From Myxococcota bacterium (GTDB lineage: Bacteria; Myxococcota_A; UBA9160; SMWR01): a stretch of 64,000 nt of DNA. The stretch covers positions 154 through 64,153 of the forward strand of contig DATKND010000056.1 in NCBI GenBank assembly GCA_035541475.1, in the 5' to 3' direction. Every line of letters starts with the position of its first letter. The stretch's first letter is position 1. The position numbers were made by a program, and so were the translations under genes. Below the pieces are notes generated by a model. It was not told where the DNA came from and did not search any database. It worked only from the letters and a program-made list of their open reading frames with translations. Positions 45,739 through 57,765 of this stretch are shown one piece after another.

Positions 45739-46088
45739 ACCTCGGCGAGTCGTCCGTTCTCGAGCCGGACCAGGATGAGGTAGGTCGCCTCGAGCGTGCG
45801 GCCCTCGCGACGACCGCTCGCTCGCATCAGGAACGCGAGCCGATCGTCGCCGACGAGCACGTCCTCGAGCGAGGCCTCGAAGCGCTCGGCCGCCTCGCCG
45901 ACGCTCGCGAGGTAGGCGAGCACCGCCTCGCGGCCGCGGTGGTCGCCGGCGCGCGGCCCGCGGCCCGACACGTGCCAGACGATGTCGTCGTTGTAGATCC
46001 TCTCGAGCGCCGAGACGTCGCCGCTCGACACCGCCTGCCAGGCGCGCGTCGCGAGCGCGCGCGCCCGCTTCGGGTCGAGCTTCGTCAT
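45690..46088 (-). CDS. SnoaL-like / NTF2-fold protein
   Basis: 132 aa. Pattern ...SGDVSALERIYNDDIVWHVSG...LVRLENGRLAEVW is typical of SnoaL/ketosteroid-isomerase-like small proteins. Confidence 0.6.
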   Translation of the reverse strand: MTKLDPKRARALATRAWQAVSSGDVSALERIYNDDIVWHVSGRGPRAGDHRGREAVLAYLASVGEAAERFEASLEDVLVGDDRLAFLMRASGRREGRTLEATYLILVRLENGRLAEVWSTALDQYAVDAFWA

Positions 46089-46175
46089 GCCGCAGCATCA
46101 TAATCGGCGGCCGCCGCGCCGTGCGCACGAAAACTCGCGGGTCTTCGCGGTCGCGAGCGCCGCTAAGCTGGCCCC

Positions 46176-48125
<1,950 letters not shown>

Positions 48126-48142
48126 CGCGCTACGCGCTCGCG

Positions 48143-49030
48143 GTGCACGGCGGCGCCGGCGGTCTCGCGGGCGTGCGCGAGCGCGCGACCGCCGAGGCGC
48201 TGCGCGCGAGCCTCGCCGAGGCGCTCGCGGCGGGCGCCGCGCTGCTCGCGCGCGGAGGGTCGGCGCAGGATGCCGTCGTCGCCGCCGTCGACGTGCTCGA
48301 GGACTGTCCGCACTTCAACGCGGGCACGGGCTCCGTGCTGAACGCGGCCGGCGAGGTCGAGATGGATGCGGCGCTGATGGAAGGCGCGAAGCGGCGCGCC
48401 GGTGCGGTGGCCGGCGTGCGGCGACTCGCGCACCCGATCGAGGCCGCGCGCGCCGTGCTGCGCGACGGCCGCCACGTGCTGCTCTTCGGCTCGGAGGCCG
48501 AGCGCCTCGGCCGCGCGGCGGGCGTCGCGGAGATCGCGCCCGAGGCGCTGATCGTGCCCGCGCGCCGCGCCCAACACGTCCGTGTCAGGGGCGGCGAAGG
48601 CGGCTGGCCGCGCGGCACCGTCGGCGCGGTCGCGCGCGACGCGTCCGGTCATCTCGCCGCCGCGACCTCGACCGGCGGCCTCAGCGGCAAGCTGCCGGGC
48701 CGCATCTCCGACAGCGCGCAGATCGGAGCCGGCACCTGGGCCGACGACGCGACCTGCGCCGTCTCGGCCACCGGCAACGGCGAGCTCTTCATCCGCACCG
48801 CCTTCGCGCGCAACGTCGACGCGCTGCTCCGCCACGCGCGGCTCCCGCTCGAGGATGCCTGCCGCCGCGCGCTCGACGAGGTCGCCGCCATTGGCGGTCA
48901 CGGCGGCTGCATCGCGATCGACCGCGAGGGCCGCATCGCGATGCCCTTCGACACGCCGGCGATGCCGCGGGGTTTCGTGCGGGAGGACGAGTCGCCGCGG
49001 ATCTCGCTCACTCAGAACGACGAAAAGTAG
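48143..49030 (+). CDS. isoaspartyl peptidase / L-asparaginase (Ntn hydrolase)
   Basis: HGGAGG start region, FNAGTGSVL, autoprocessing site GTVGAVARD, STGG. Start uncertain: GTG 48143 would trim the first strand (ALAVHGGAG). The only upstream in-frame option is CTG 48122, which overlaps the AACS TGA. Confidence 0.82.
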   Translation: MHGGAGGLAGVRERATAEALRASLAEALAAGAALLARGGSAQDAVVAAVDVLEDCPHFNAGTGSVLNAAGEVEMDAALMEGAKRRAGAVAGVRRLAHPIEAARAVLRDGRHVLLFGSEAERLGRAAGVAEIAPEALIVPARRAQHVRVRGGEGGWPRGTVGAVARDASGHLAAATSTGGLSGKLPGRISDSAQIGAGTWADDATCAVSATGNGELFIRTAFARNVDALLRHARLPLEDACRRALDEVAAIGGHGGCIAIDREGRIAMPFDTPAMPRGFVREDESPRISLTQNDEK

Positions 49031-49778
49031 AGGGGGGCGGCGGCTCGTCGGAGTCCGGTGCGAGTCGCACGGCGAGCAGGGTCGCGTAGGGCTCGAACCC
49101 CAGGCGTAGCGCGATCGCGATCGCGGGCGCGTTCGACAGGAGCGTCTGGTAGAGGACGAGCTGACGTGCCGAGAGAGCCTGCTTCGCCAGTGCGCTCACG
49201 ACGCGCGATGCGTGCCCTCGCCCTCGATGCTGCGGGTGTGTGATGACACAGGGATCCACCGCGCCATCGAAGTGGACCCGGAGTTGTCCGAGAGCGACGA
49301 CTCGAGCTCCCTCGAACGCGGCCCAGATCTCGGCGCCTGCGGACTCGATGCCGCCGTGCTCCCATTCCTCCTGTGAGCACGAAGACTGGACGGCTCGGAT
49401 GGAATCCGCGCCGGAGTCCGAAAGAGGTCGAACATCGTCGGCAGAGAGCGGCTGGAAGCGATCGTGCGGGAGCCAGCCCTGGAAGGAAGGTCCGACGATC
49501 GTTCCTGCGGAAGGCTCCAGCGCGCGAGTCACGTAGGAACGCGACAGCAGCTCTTCTGCGGCGGCCGAGGCGCAATGCCGGGAGAGACGCGCGACCCATC
49601 CGGCCGGGGCCGAAACGACCGCAGAGCGACCGCGAACGAAGAACCAGACGCCACGATAATCGCCGAGTCGCTCGTGCGCGGTGACCCGCACGCCGGCATC
49701 CCGCAGCGCCGAAGGAGGAACGCCGAGAAACTGCGACCAGTGCGCGTCGATTCGTTCCGTGGTGGTAGTCGGCTGCAT
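49008..49778 (-). CDS. GNAT-family N-acetyltransferase (two-domain)
   Basis: 256 aa. C-terminal acetyl-CoA motif ITHPQHRGRGHASRVVSAL. 23-nt convergent overlap with the peptidase gene. Visibly lower GC than its neighbours. Confidence 0.7.
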   Translation of the reverse strand: MQPTTTTERIDAHWSQFLGVPPSALRDAGVRVTAHERLGDYRGVWFFVRGRSAVVSAPAGWVARLSRHCASAAAEELLSRSYVTRALEPSAGTIVGPSFQGWLPHDRFQPLSADDVRPLSDSGADSIRAVQSSCSQEEWEHGGIESAGAEIWAAFEGARVVALGQLRVHFDGAVDPCVITHPQHRGRGHASRVVSALAKQALSARQLVLYQTLLSNAPAIAIALRLGFEPYATLLAVRLAPDSDEPPPPSTFRRSE

Positions 49779-49793
49779 CGCGCCTGTGAGACG

Positions 49794-51683
49794 CTACTTC
49801 GCGAACCCCCGCTCGCGCAGCAGCGCGCGGATCTCGTCGAGGATCGCGGGGTCGTCGATCGTGGCGGGAACCTTGTACGGATCCGAGTCGGCCATGCGGC
49901 GGAGCGTCCCGCGCAGCACCTTGCCCGAGCGCGTCTTCGGCAGCCGCGGCACGACGAGTGCCTGCTTGAAGGCGGCGACCGGGCCGATGCGCTCGCGCAC
50001 GAGCGCGACGAGCTCGGCCTCGATCTCGGCGTGCGCGCGCGCGACGCCGGCGTTCAGCACCGCGAAGCCGAGCGGCACCTGACCCTTCAGCGCGTCTGCG
50101 ATGCCGGTGACCGCGCACTCTGCGACGTCGGGGTGCGACGCGAGCACCTCCTCCATCGCACCCGTCGAGAGCCGGTGGCCCGCGACGTTGATCACGTCGT
50201 CGGTGCGCGACATCACGTAGACGTAGCCGTCCTCGTCGATCCAGCCGGCGTCGGCGGTCTGGTAGAAGCCAGGGAAGCGCGAGAGGTAGGCGTCGCGGTA
50301 GCCGGCGTCGTTCTGCCAGAGCGTCGTGAGGCAGCCGGGCGGGAGCGGCAGCTTCAGCGCCAGGTGCCCCGACTCGCCCGGCGGGAGCTCCGCGCCGCGG
50401 TCGTCGAGCACGCGCAGGTCGAAGCCCGGCACGGCGCAGGTCGGCGAGCCGCGCTTCACCGGCAGCGGCTCGATCCCCATGCAGTTGGCCGCGACCGGCC
50501 AGCCCGTCTCGGTCTGCCACCAGTGGTCGATCACCGGCACGCCGAGCGCGCGCTCGCACCACGCAATGGTGTCGGGATCGGCGCGCTCGCCGGCGAGGAA
50601 GAGAGTGCGCAGGCTCGCCAGGTCGTGCCGCGCCGGCCGCTTCGCCTCGGGATCCTCGCGCTTGATCGCGCGTAGCGCCGTCGGCGCCGCGAAGAGCGCG
50701 TTCACGCGATGTCGCTCCACCACGCGCCAGAAGGCCGACGCGTCCGGCGTGCCGACCGGCTTGCCCTCGTAGAGCAAGGTCGTGCAGCCCGAGAGCAGCG
50801 GCGCGTACACGATGTAGGAATGACCGACGACCCAGCCGATGTCCGAAGCGGCCCAGAAGACCTCGCCCGGCTGCATGCCGTAGACGTGGCGGAGGCTCCA
50901 TGCGAGCGCGACCGCGTGGCCGCCATGGTCGCGCACGACGCCTTTCGGTACGCCGGTCGTGCCCGATGTGTAGAGGATGTAGAGCGGGTGCTCCGCCGCG
51001 ACGGGCACGCAGTCCGCGGGCCCCGCATGCGCGCGCCACGTCTCCCAGTCGACGTCGCGCGGCCCGAGCGACGCGCGCGCCTGCTCGCGCTGCAGCACGA
51101 CACAGCGCTCGGGCGGATTCGCGACGCGCGCGATCGCGTCGTCGAGCAGCGGCTTGTACGGGACCACGCGGCCGGGCTCGATCCCGCACGACGCCGTCAG
51201 CACCACCTTCGGCTGCGCGTGCTCGATCCGCTGCGCGAGCTCGGCGGGGGCGAAGCCGCCGAACACCACCGAGTGGATCGCGCCGAGGCGCGCGCAGGCG
51301 AGCATCGCGAAGACTGCTTCGGGCACCATCGGCATGTAGAGGAGCACGCGGTCGCCCATCGCGACGCCGGACCCGGCGAGCGCGCCCGCGGTGCGCGCGA
51401 CCTCGCGCTGGAGCTCCGCATAGCTGACGCGGCGCGACGTCGCCGTCACGGGGCTCTCGTAGACGAGCGCCGTGCGCTCGCCGTGTCCCGCCGCGACGTG
51501 GCGGTCGACCGCGTTGTGGCAGGTGTTGAGCACGCCGCCCTCGAACCAGGTCGGGCGCAGCGGAGCGCCCGCGAGCGCGCGGCGCGGCGGCGTCACCCAC
51601 TCGATTGCCTCGGCTGCGCGCAGCCAGAAGTCGTCGGGACCTTCGAGCGCGGCGCGCTGGAGATCGGCGAGACGGCTCGTCAC
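49794..51683 (-). CDS. prpE: propionyl-CoA synthetase-like acyl-CoA synthetase
   Basis: 629 aa from the GTG at 51683 (GTGA overlap). WFEGGVLNTCHNAVDRH, YTSGTTGVPKGV, PKTRSGKVLR, with the length and N-terminus typical of PrpE. The rest of the 1423-aa track ORF is read-through into other genes' alternative frames. Confidence 0.82.
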   Translation of the reverse strand: MTSRLADLQRAALEGPDDFWLRAAEAIEWVTPPRRALAGAPLRPTWFEGGVLNTCHNAVDRHVAAGHGERTALVYESPVTATSRRVSYAELQREVARTAGALAGSGVAMGDRVLLYMPMVPEAVFAMLACARLGAIHSVVFGGFAPAELAQRIEHAQPKVVLTASCGIEPGRVVPYKPLLDDAIARVANPPERCVVLQREQARASLGPRDVDWETWRAHAGPADCVPVAAEHPLYILYTSGTTGVPKGVVRDHGGHAVALAWSLRHVYGMQPGEVFWAASDIGWVVGHSYIVYAPLLSGCTTLLYEGKPVGTPDASAFWRVVERHRVNALFAAPTALRAIKREDPEAKRPARHDLASLRTLFLAGERADPDTIAWCERALGVPVIDHWWQTETGWPVAANCMGIEPLPVKRGSPTCAVPGFDLRVLDDRGAELPPGESGHLALKLPLPPGCLTTLWQNDAGYRDAYLSRFPGFYQTADAGWIDEDGYVYVMSRTDDVINVAGHRLSTGAMEEVLASHPDVAECAVTGIADALKGQVPLGFAVLNAGVARAHAEIEAELVALVRERIGPVAAFKQALVVPRLPKTRSGKVLRGTLRRMADSDPYKVPATIDDPAILDEIRALLRERGFAK

Positions 51684-53356
51684 GACGGAGGAGTAGCGCG
51701 GCTGAGGGCGGCGGTGCAGCGCGCCACGCCCTCGGCGAAGCGCTGCGCGTCCGCGCCGCGGCTGCCGCGCGCGAGCGTCGCGTAGATCGGCAGCGCGTCC
51801 TCGCAGCGCGACATCCGCTCGAGCGCCGCGGCGTAGCAGGCGTGGAAGCCGGGCTCGCTCCATACCTCGGCGCGCCCGAGCGCGTGTGGCGGATAGCGCC
51901 GCAAGGTGTCGGCGTCGGCGCCGGCCTGCTCGTTCACGATGCACACGAGCTCGCGTAGATTCGACTCGAGCAGGTAGCTGTGCCAGCCCTCCGCGTCGGG
52001 GCGCTGCGAGGCGAGCACGTCGACCTGCTGCTTCGCCTCGGCGATCCGGCCGCTCTCGGCCAGCGCGACGATCCAGTTGACGCGGCCCTCGCGGTGGCGC
52101 GGGTCGTCCGTCACGTCGCGCGAGAAGAGCGCCTCGGTCGAGCGCCAGTCCGGCGAGCGCGCCCATGTGCGCTGCGAGAGCGCGAGCACGGCGAGGAGAC
52201 CGAGCGCCACGACCGCGGCGCGCGGCGCGCGCGTGCGCGCGAGCGCGATCGCGACGAGGAGCGCCGCACCGAAGATCGAGAGGAAGAGATTGCGCTCGGC
52301 TCGCGCCTGGAGGAGCGGCGTCAGCCCCGAGGTCGGCAGGAAGCCGATCCAGATCCAGGCGATCGCGGCGGCCGCGAGCGCATGGCCGCGCCACGCGAGA
52401 AGGACGCAGGCGGCGGCCGATCCGAGCGCGATCGCGAGACCCGCGAGCACGGCCGGATCGCCCCACGAGGTCACCACGCGCACCGCGTCGCTCGTGTTCG
52501 AGTGGAGCGGCGCGAAGAGCCAGAGCAGCTGCGACGGCCACTGCGCGATGCTCGTCTGCCACTGCGTGACGAGGCTGCCGCCGATCGGCGGGGCGCCCGT
52601 CAGCGTGTGGCCGAGCACGGCGGGGCGCAGCACGAAGAGATGGATCGCGACGAGGGCGAGCTGCGCCGCGACGAGGAACGCGAGCGCCGGCAGGCGCGGT
52701 CCCGGCTCGTCCCCTGCGCGCGCCCTCAGCCAGGACGCGAGGCCGAGCGCGGCGAGCAGCGCGGGCGTCACCGCGGCGTTCTCCTTCGAGAGGAGCGCGA
52801 GGGCGAGGGCCGCGAGCGACGCCCCTGCGAAGTTCCAGCGGGCGCGCGCGGGGCCCGCGCGCAGCGAACGCAATCCGGTGTCGAGACTCGCGAGCAGGAA
52901 GAGTCCCATCAGCGCGGCGGAGAGTCCCGCGACCCAGACGTAGATCTCGAGCAGGCCCGGATGCGCCGCGAAGAGCAGGCCGGCCAGCAGCGCCGCGGCC
53001 GGCTCGCGAAGCCACGCGAGCGCGAGCAGGCCGAACAGCGCGGCCGTCGCCGCGCCGAGCGCCAGCGAGAGCGCGTGGAAGGCCCGCGCCGATCTCCCGA
53101 CCTCGGCGGCGAGCGCACTCGCGGTGGCGACCTGCAGCGGGCGGTAGTAGGGCTGCGAGAGCACGGCGGTCGCGAAGCCCTCGGCGCGCTGGAGCGGCTC
53201 GCCGAAGGCCGCGAGGATGTGGCCCGGAGGCCGCAGGATCGTGCCGGCGACGATCTCGGCCCGATCGACCCACACGAAGTCGTAGCCGAGCGCGCGGCCG
53301 TGCAGCGCCAGGAAGAGGAGGGCAGGCAGGCACCACACGGCGACACGGGCGCGCAT
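51680..53356 (-). CDS. TMTC-like GT-C membrane protein with C-terminal TPR region (putative protein O-mannosyltransferase family)
   Basis: 558 aa from the ATG at 53356. About 10 TM helices with YDFVWVDRAEIV and YYRPLQ motifs near the N-terminus, then a soluble helical-repeat C-terminus. Family assignment is by pattern only. Confidence 0.55.
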   Translation of the reverse strand: MRARVAVWCLPALLFLALHGRALGYDFVWVDRAEIVAGTILRPPGHILAAFGEPLQRAEGFATAVLSQPYYRPLQVATASALAAEVGRSARAFHALSLALGAATAALFGLLALAWLREPAAALLAGLLFAAHPGLLEIYVWVAGLSAALMGLFLLASLDTGLRSLRAGPARARWNFAGASLAALALALLSKENAAVTPALLAALGLASWLRARAGDEPGPRLPALAFLVAAQLALVAIHLFVLRPAVLGHTLTGAPPIGGSLVTQWQTSIAQWPSQLLWLFAPLHSNTSDAVRVVTSWGDPAVLAGLAIALGSAAACVLLAWRGHALAAAAIAWIWIGFLPTSGLTPLLQARAERNLFLSIFGAALLVAIALARTRAPRAAVVALGLLAVLALSQRTWARSPDWRSTEALFSRDVTDDPRHREGRVNWIVALAESGRIAEAKQQVDVLASQRPDAEGWHSYLLESNLRELVCIVNEQAGADADTLRRYPPHALGRAEVWSEPGFHACYAAALERMSRCEDALPIYATLARGSRGADAQRFAEGVARCTAALSRATPPS

Positions 53357-53423
53357 CGGGGCCGGAGGATAGGCGGCGACGCAGGTAGAATGCCGCGTCG
53401 CGCGCTCGCGCCGAGGGAACGGG

Positions 53424-54086
53424 TTGGATGCCACGATCGGACTGACGGCGCTGTGGCTCGCCTTCGCGGCCACGCACATGGGCATGTCGAGCCTGCGAGC
53501 GCGACCACGGCTCGTCGGCGCGCTCGGCGAACGCGCCTTCCAGGGCGTGTACTCGCTCGTCGCGCTCGCGGTCTTCGTGCCGCTGGTCGCGCTCTACTTC
53601 CACCACAAGCACCAGGGCGCGCCGCTCTGGTACCTCGGCGCACTGCCGGGACTCCGATACGCGATGTACGCGGGCATGGCCGTCGTCTTCGTCCTGCTGG
53701 TGGGCGGAATCGCGCGGCCGAGCCCGACCTCGATGCAGGCGGGCCGCACCGACGTGCGTGGCATGCTGCGCGTGACGCGCCATCCGGTCTTCATGGCCAC
53801 GGGCCTCTTCGGGCTGCTCCACCTCTTCGTGGTGTCGGTCTGGAGCAGCGACCTCGCATTCTTCGGCGGCTTCCCGCTCTTCGCGTTGATCGGCTCGCGC
53901 CATCAGGACGCCCGCAAGCTGGCGACGGGCACGGAGGACTTCCGGCGCTTCCACGCCGCGACCTCGCTGCTCCCCGACCCGCGCGGCCTCGCCGCAGCGG
54001 TGCGCGACGACCCGGTGCCCGCCGCGATCGGCGTCGCCGCGACGATCGCGCTCCGGATGTTCCATCCGACATTATTCGGACCTTGA
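53424..54086 (+). CDS. NnrU-family membrane protein
   Basis: 220 aa, 5-6 TM, RVTRHPVF motif characteristic of NnrU. TTG start. Confidence 0.6.
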   Translation: MDATIGLTALWLAFAATHMGMSSLRARPRLVGALGERAFQGVYSLVALAVFVPLVALYFHHKHQGAPLWYLGALPGLRYAMYAGMAVVFVLLVGGIARPSPTSMQAGRTDVRGMLRVTRHPVFMATGLFGLLHLFVVSVWSSDLAFFGGFPLFALIGSRHQDARKLATGTEDFRRFHAATSLLPDPRGLAAAVRDDPVPAAIGVAATIALRMFHPTLFGP

Positions 54087-54123
54087 GCCTCCGCTACCCT
54101 CGCTCGATCGAAATGGAGTCCCC

Positions 54124-54495
54124 ATGCGTGTCAAGCAGATCAATCACGTGTCCTTCACCGTGCGCGATCTCGCGCGCTCACGCGAGTTCTACGAGGGCGT
54201 CCTCGGCCTCCCCACGGTCGAGCGACCCAACATCGGGATCGCGGGAGTGTGGTACGGCGCCGGCGACGGCCAGATCCACCTGATCCAGATTCCGCCCGGC
54301 GCGGCGGTTGGCGCGGCGCAAGGTCGGCTGACCCCGCTCGCGAACCACTGCGCCTTCGAGATCGACGACTACGAGAAGTTCGTCGCGCACCTGAAGCAGC
54401 GCGGGCTGCCGGTGATGGAGACGAACCGCGAGCTCGGACAGTTGTTCGTTCAGGATCCGGATGGCAACGTGATCGAGTTGATCCGGCCGCGCTGA
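54124..54495 (+). CDS. VOC-family (glyoxalase/bleomycin-resistance/dioxygenase fold) protein
   Basis: 123 aa: INHVSFTVRDLARSREFYEGVLGL...HCAFEIDD...DPDGNVIEL. Confidence 0.85.
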   Translation: MRVKQINHVSFTVRDLARSREFYEGVLGLPTVERPNIGIAGVWYGAGDGQIHLIQIPPGAAVGAAQGRLTPLANHCAFEIDDYEKFVAHLKQRGLPVMETNRELGQLFVQDPDGNVIELIRPR

Positions 54496-54527
54496 GCGAG
54501 GCGCGGCTGGCGAGAAGGGGGTGAGCG

Positions 54528-55655
54528 ATGGTTTCGACGCCGAAGACTCGCGCGCTGCGGCGGCTCGCGGGCGCGCTGCTGTTCGCCGCGGGCGGGCTCG
54601 CGCTCGCGTGCGGACCGAGTGAAGAGAAGAAGAGCGCGCAGGGCACAGCGCCGACCGCAGCCGCCGAGAGCAAGACGGCCGCGCCGGCGCTCGACGTCGC
54701 GGCGCTGCGCTCGAAGGCGAAGGGCATCTTCGGCGTGCTCCCGGCCGAGGCGCCGAATCCCGCCAATCCAATCACACCGGAGAAGGTCACGCTCGGGCGC
54801 ATGCTCTTCTACGAGCCGCGCATCACCTTGTCGCGAAAGCTCTCGTGCAGCTCGTGCCACGGGCTCGACACCTACGGCGTCGACAATCAGCCGACCTCGG
54901 TCGGCCACGAAGGTCAGCGCGGCGAGCGCAACTCGCCCACGGTCTACAACGCCGCCCTCGAGTTCGCGCAGTTCTGGGACGGGCGCGCCCCCGACGTCGA
55001 GGAGCAGGCGAAGGGTCCCGTGTTGAACCCGGTCGAGATGGCGATGCCGTCGGCGCCGGAGGTGGTGAGCCGGCTGAAGGCGATCCCGGGCTACGGGCCG
55101 CTCTTCGCGGCGGCCTTCCCGGGCGAGGCGGATCCGATCACGTTCGACAACGCGGCGAAGGCAGTCGCCGCCTTCGAGCGCAAGCTGATGACGCCGGGTC
55201 CGTTCGACGACTTCATGAACGGCAACGACCAGGCGATGACACCCGAGCAGCTCGCGGGGCTCCAGACGTTCATGGACACGGGCTGCATCACGTGTCACAA
55301 CGGTGCGACGGTCGGCGGCCGCATGTTCCAGAAGCTCGGGCTCGTCGAGCCGTACCCGACGAAGGACGTCGGCCGCGAGAAGGTGACCGGCAACGAGGGC
55401 GACCGGTACTTCTTCAAGGTGCCGATGCTGCGGAACGTCGCGAAGACCGGCCCGTGGTTCCACGACGGCTCGATCCAGAACCTCGACGACGCGATCCGGC
55501 TGATGGCGCGCCACCAGCTCGGCAAGCAGCTCGGCACGAGCGAGATCGCGTCGATCCGCGCGTTCCTCGAGTCGCTGACGGGTCGCATCGACGCGGCGTT
55601 CGTCGCGCGTCCCGAGCTGCCGCCCGACGAGAACGCTCCGGCTCCGAAGGCCTAG
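54528..55655 (+). CDS. dihaem cytochrome c peroxidase (CCP/MauG family)
   Basis: 375 aa. Signal/lipoprotein-like N-terminus (LALAC), haem motifs CSSCHG and CITCHNG, plus FWDGRA, PMLRNV and PWFHDGS motifs. Confidence 0.92.
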   Translation: MVSTPKTRALRRLAGALLFAAGGLALACGPSEEKKSAQGTAPTAAAESKTAAPALDVAALRSKAKGIFGVLPAEAPNPANPITPEKVTLGRMLFYEPRITLSRKLSCSSCHGLDTYGVDNQPTSVGHEGQRGERNSPTVYNAALEFAQFWDGRAPDVEEQAKGPVLNPVEMAMPSAPEVVSRLKAIPGYGPLFAAAFPGEADPITFDNAAKAVAAFERKLMTPGPFDDFMNGNDQAMTPEQLAGLQTFMDTGCITCHNGATVGGRMFQKLGLVEPYPTKDVGREKVTGNEGDRYFFKVPMLRNVAKTGPWFHDGSIQNLDDAIRLMARHQLGKQLGTSEIASIRAFLESLTGRIDAAFVARPELPPDENAPAPKA

Positions 55656-55702
55656 GCGGGGCTGCTATAACTCGAGCCCCGCGCCTGCGCAGGAGACCCC
55701 CG

Positions 55703-56797
<1,095 letters not shown>

Positions 56798-56888
56798 TCT
56801 CGGGTGATCTCGCGACCGCCCACGCGTTCGGCAGGCCTCGCATACCGGGTCCGTCTTCTGAGCGTCGCTCGCCTTCGGCTCGCTGTGC

Positions 56889-56907
56889 GCAACCGCTTCG
56901 CGGTTGC
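56889..56907. terminator. 7-bp stem hairpin GCAACCG-CTTCG-CGGTTGC between convergent genes
   Basis: Read directly. Lies in the 110-nt gap between apbC (stop 56797) and the minus-strand gene (stop 56908-56910), immediately abutting the latter. Confidence 0.4.
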
Positions 56908-57705
56908 TTACTCTTCGTGCTTCCCGTGTAACAAGTCGGCGTATAGCACGGGAACCGCGCCGACCGGACCCTCTTCGACGCTGCGCTTGAGGTACTGCTC
57001 GAGCTCCATCTTCTCGAGCTCGATCCCGGGCTCCGGCTCGAAGAAGCTATCGGGAATGGCGAGCGCGCTCTGCCAGTTGACGTAATCGGTGACGCGCGTG
57101 CCGGTGGTCTGGCGGTCGTAGATCTGGAGCCGCAGCGGCAGCTTCTTCTCGTCCTGCGTGACCCAGACCTCGCGCTTCCCGTGCGTGTCGGTGACGCGGT
57201 AGATGCCGACCGGGCGCCCGAAGGCGTTGTCCTCGCCGACCTGCTCGGCGCCCTGCTTAACCAGGATCTCGTACTCGCGTCCGAAGGGGCGCCGCTGCGG
57301 GGAGTCCTGAGCCTCGGCCTTCGGATCGCGCCGGATCGCGAGCCCGCGCTTCGTGAGGCCGTCGTAGGCGTAGTACCAGTCGCCCTTGACGATGTTCACG
57401 ACCTTGTGACCGGCGACGACCGTCTCGGCGCGCAGCCATGGACCCTTCGACCAGAAGTGCGTGACGTTGAGGCCCGCCGCGCCGCGCGCGAGCGCCTGCG
57501 CGTACCAGGTGTGGTCGGCGTTCTCCTCCGGCTTGCCGGCCGCGGGCTTGCCGGCCGCCTTGGATGGCGTCGCGGCCTTGTCGGGCGCGGGCGCGCTCTG
57601 CTCCGCCTGCGGTGTCGGGGCCGGGGGCGAGGAGTCCTTGGCGAGCGCGGCTGCCGCGGCAAGCCACACGGCAGCGGAGAAGGCGAGGGCCGGGCGGCGC
57701 GCCAT
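56908..57705 (-). CDS. hypothetical secreted protein (possible LolA-like fold)
   Basis: 265 aa from the ATG at 57705. Signal peptide MARRPALAFSAAVWLAAAAALA, Pro/Ala/Lys-rich linker, then a beta-rich domain (...VWVTQDEKKLPLRLQIYD...). Lower GC (62-65% in two hand-counted lines). The rest of the 1362-aa track ORF is artefactual. Confidence 0.6.
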   Translation of the reverse strand: MARRPALAFSAAVWLAAAAALAKDSSPPAPTPQAEQSAPAPDKAATPSKAAGKPAAGKPEENADHTWYAQALARGAAGLNVTHFWSKGPWLRAETVVAGHKVVNIVKGDWYYAYDGLTKRGLAIRRDPKAEAQDSPQRRPFGREYEILVKQGAEQVGEDNAFGRPVGIYRVTDTHGKREVWVTQDEKKLPLRLQIYDRQTTGTRVTDYVNWQSALAIPDSFFEPEPGIELEKMELEQYLKRSVEEGPVGAVPVLYADLLHGKHEE

Positions 57706-57765
57706 GTCGGGGGCGGAGCTTAGCGGGGCGCTCGCAGCTCGCGGCACCTCGATTACTCTCCGCGC

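Noticed and set aside
49794-54065. 1423-aa and 1362-aa minus-strand giant ORFs (49794-54065 and 56908-60996), and 61105-63696 (863 aa)
   Set aside because: Only the 3' portions match real proteins (prpE-like, the secreted hypothetical, mpl). The remainder runs through neighbouring genes in wrong frames.
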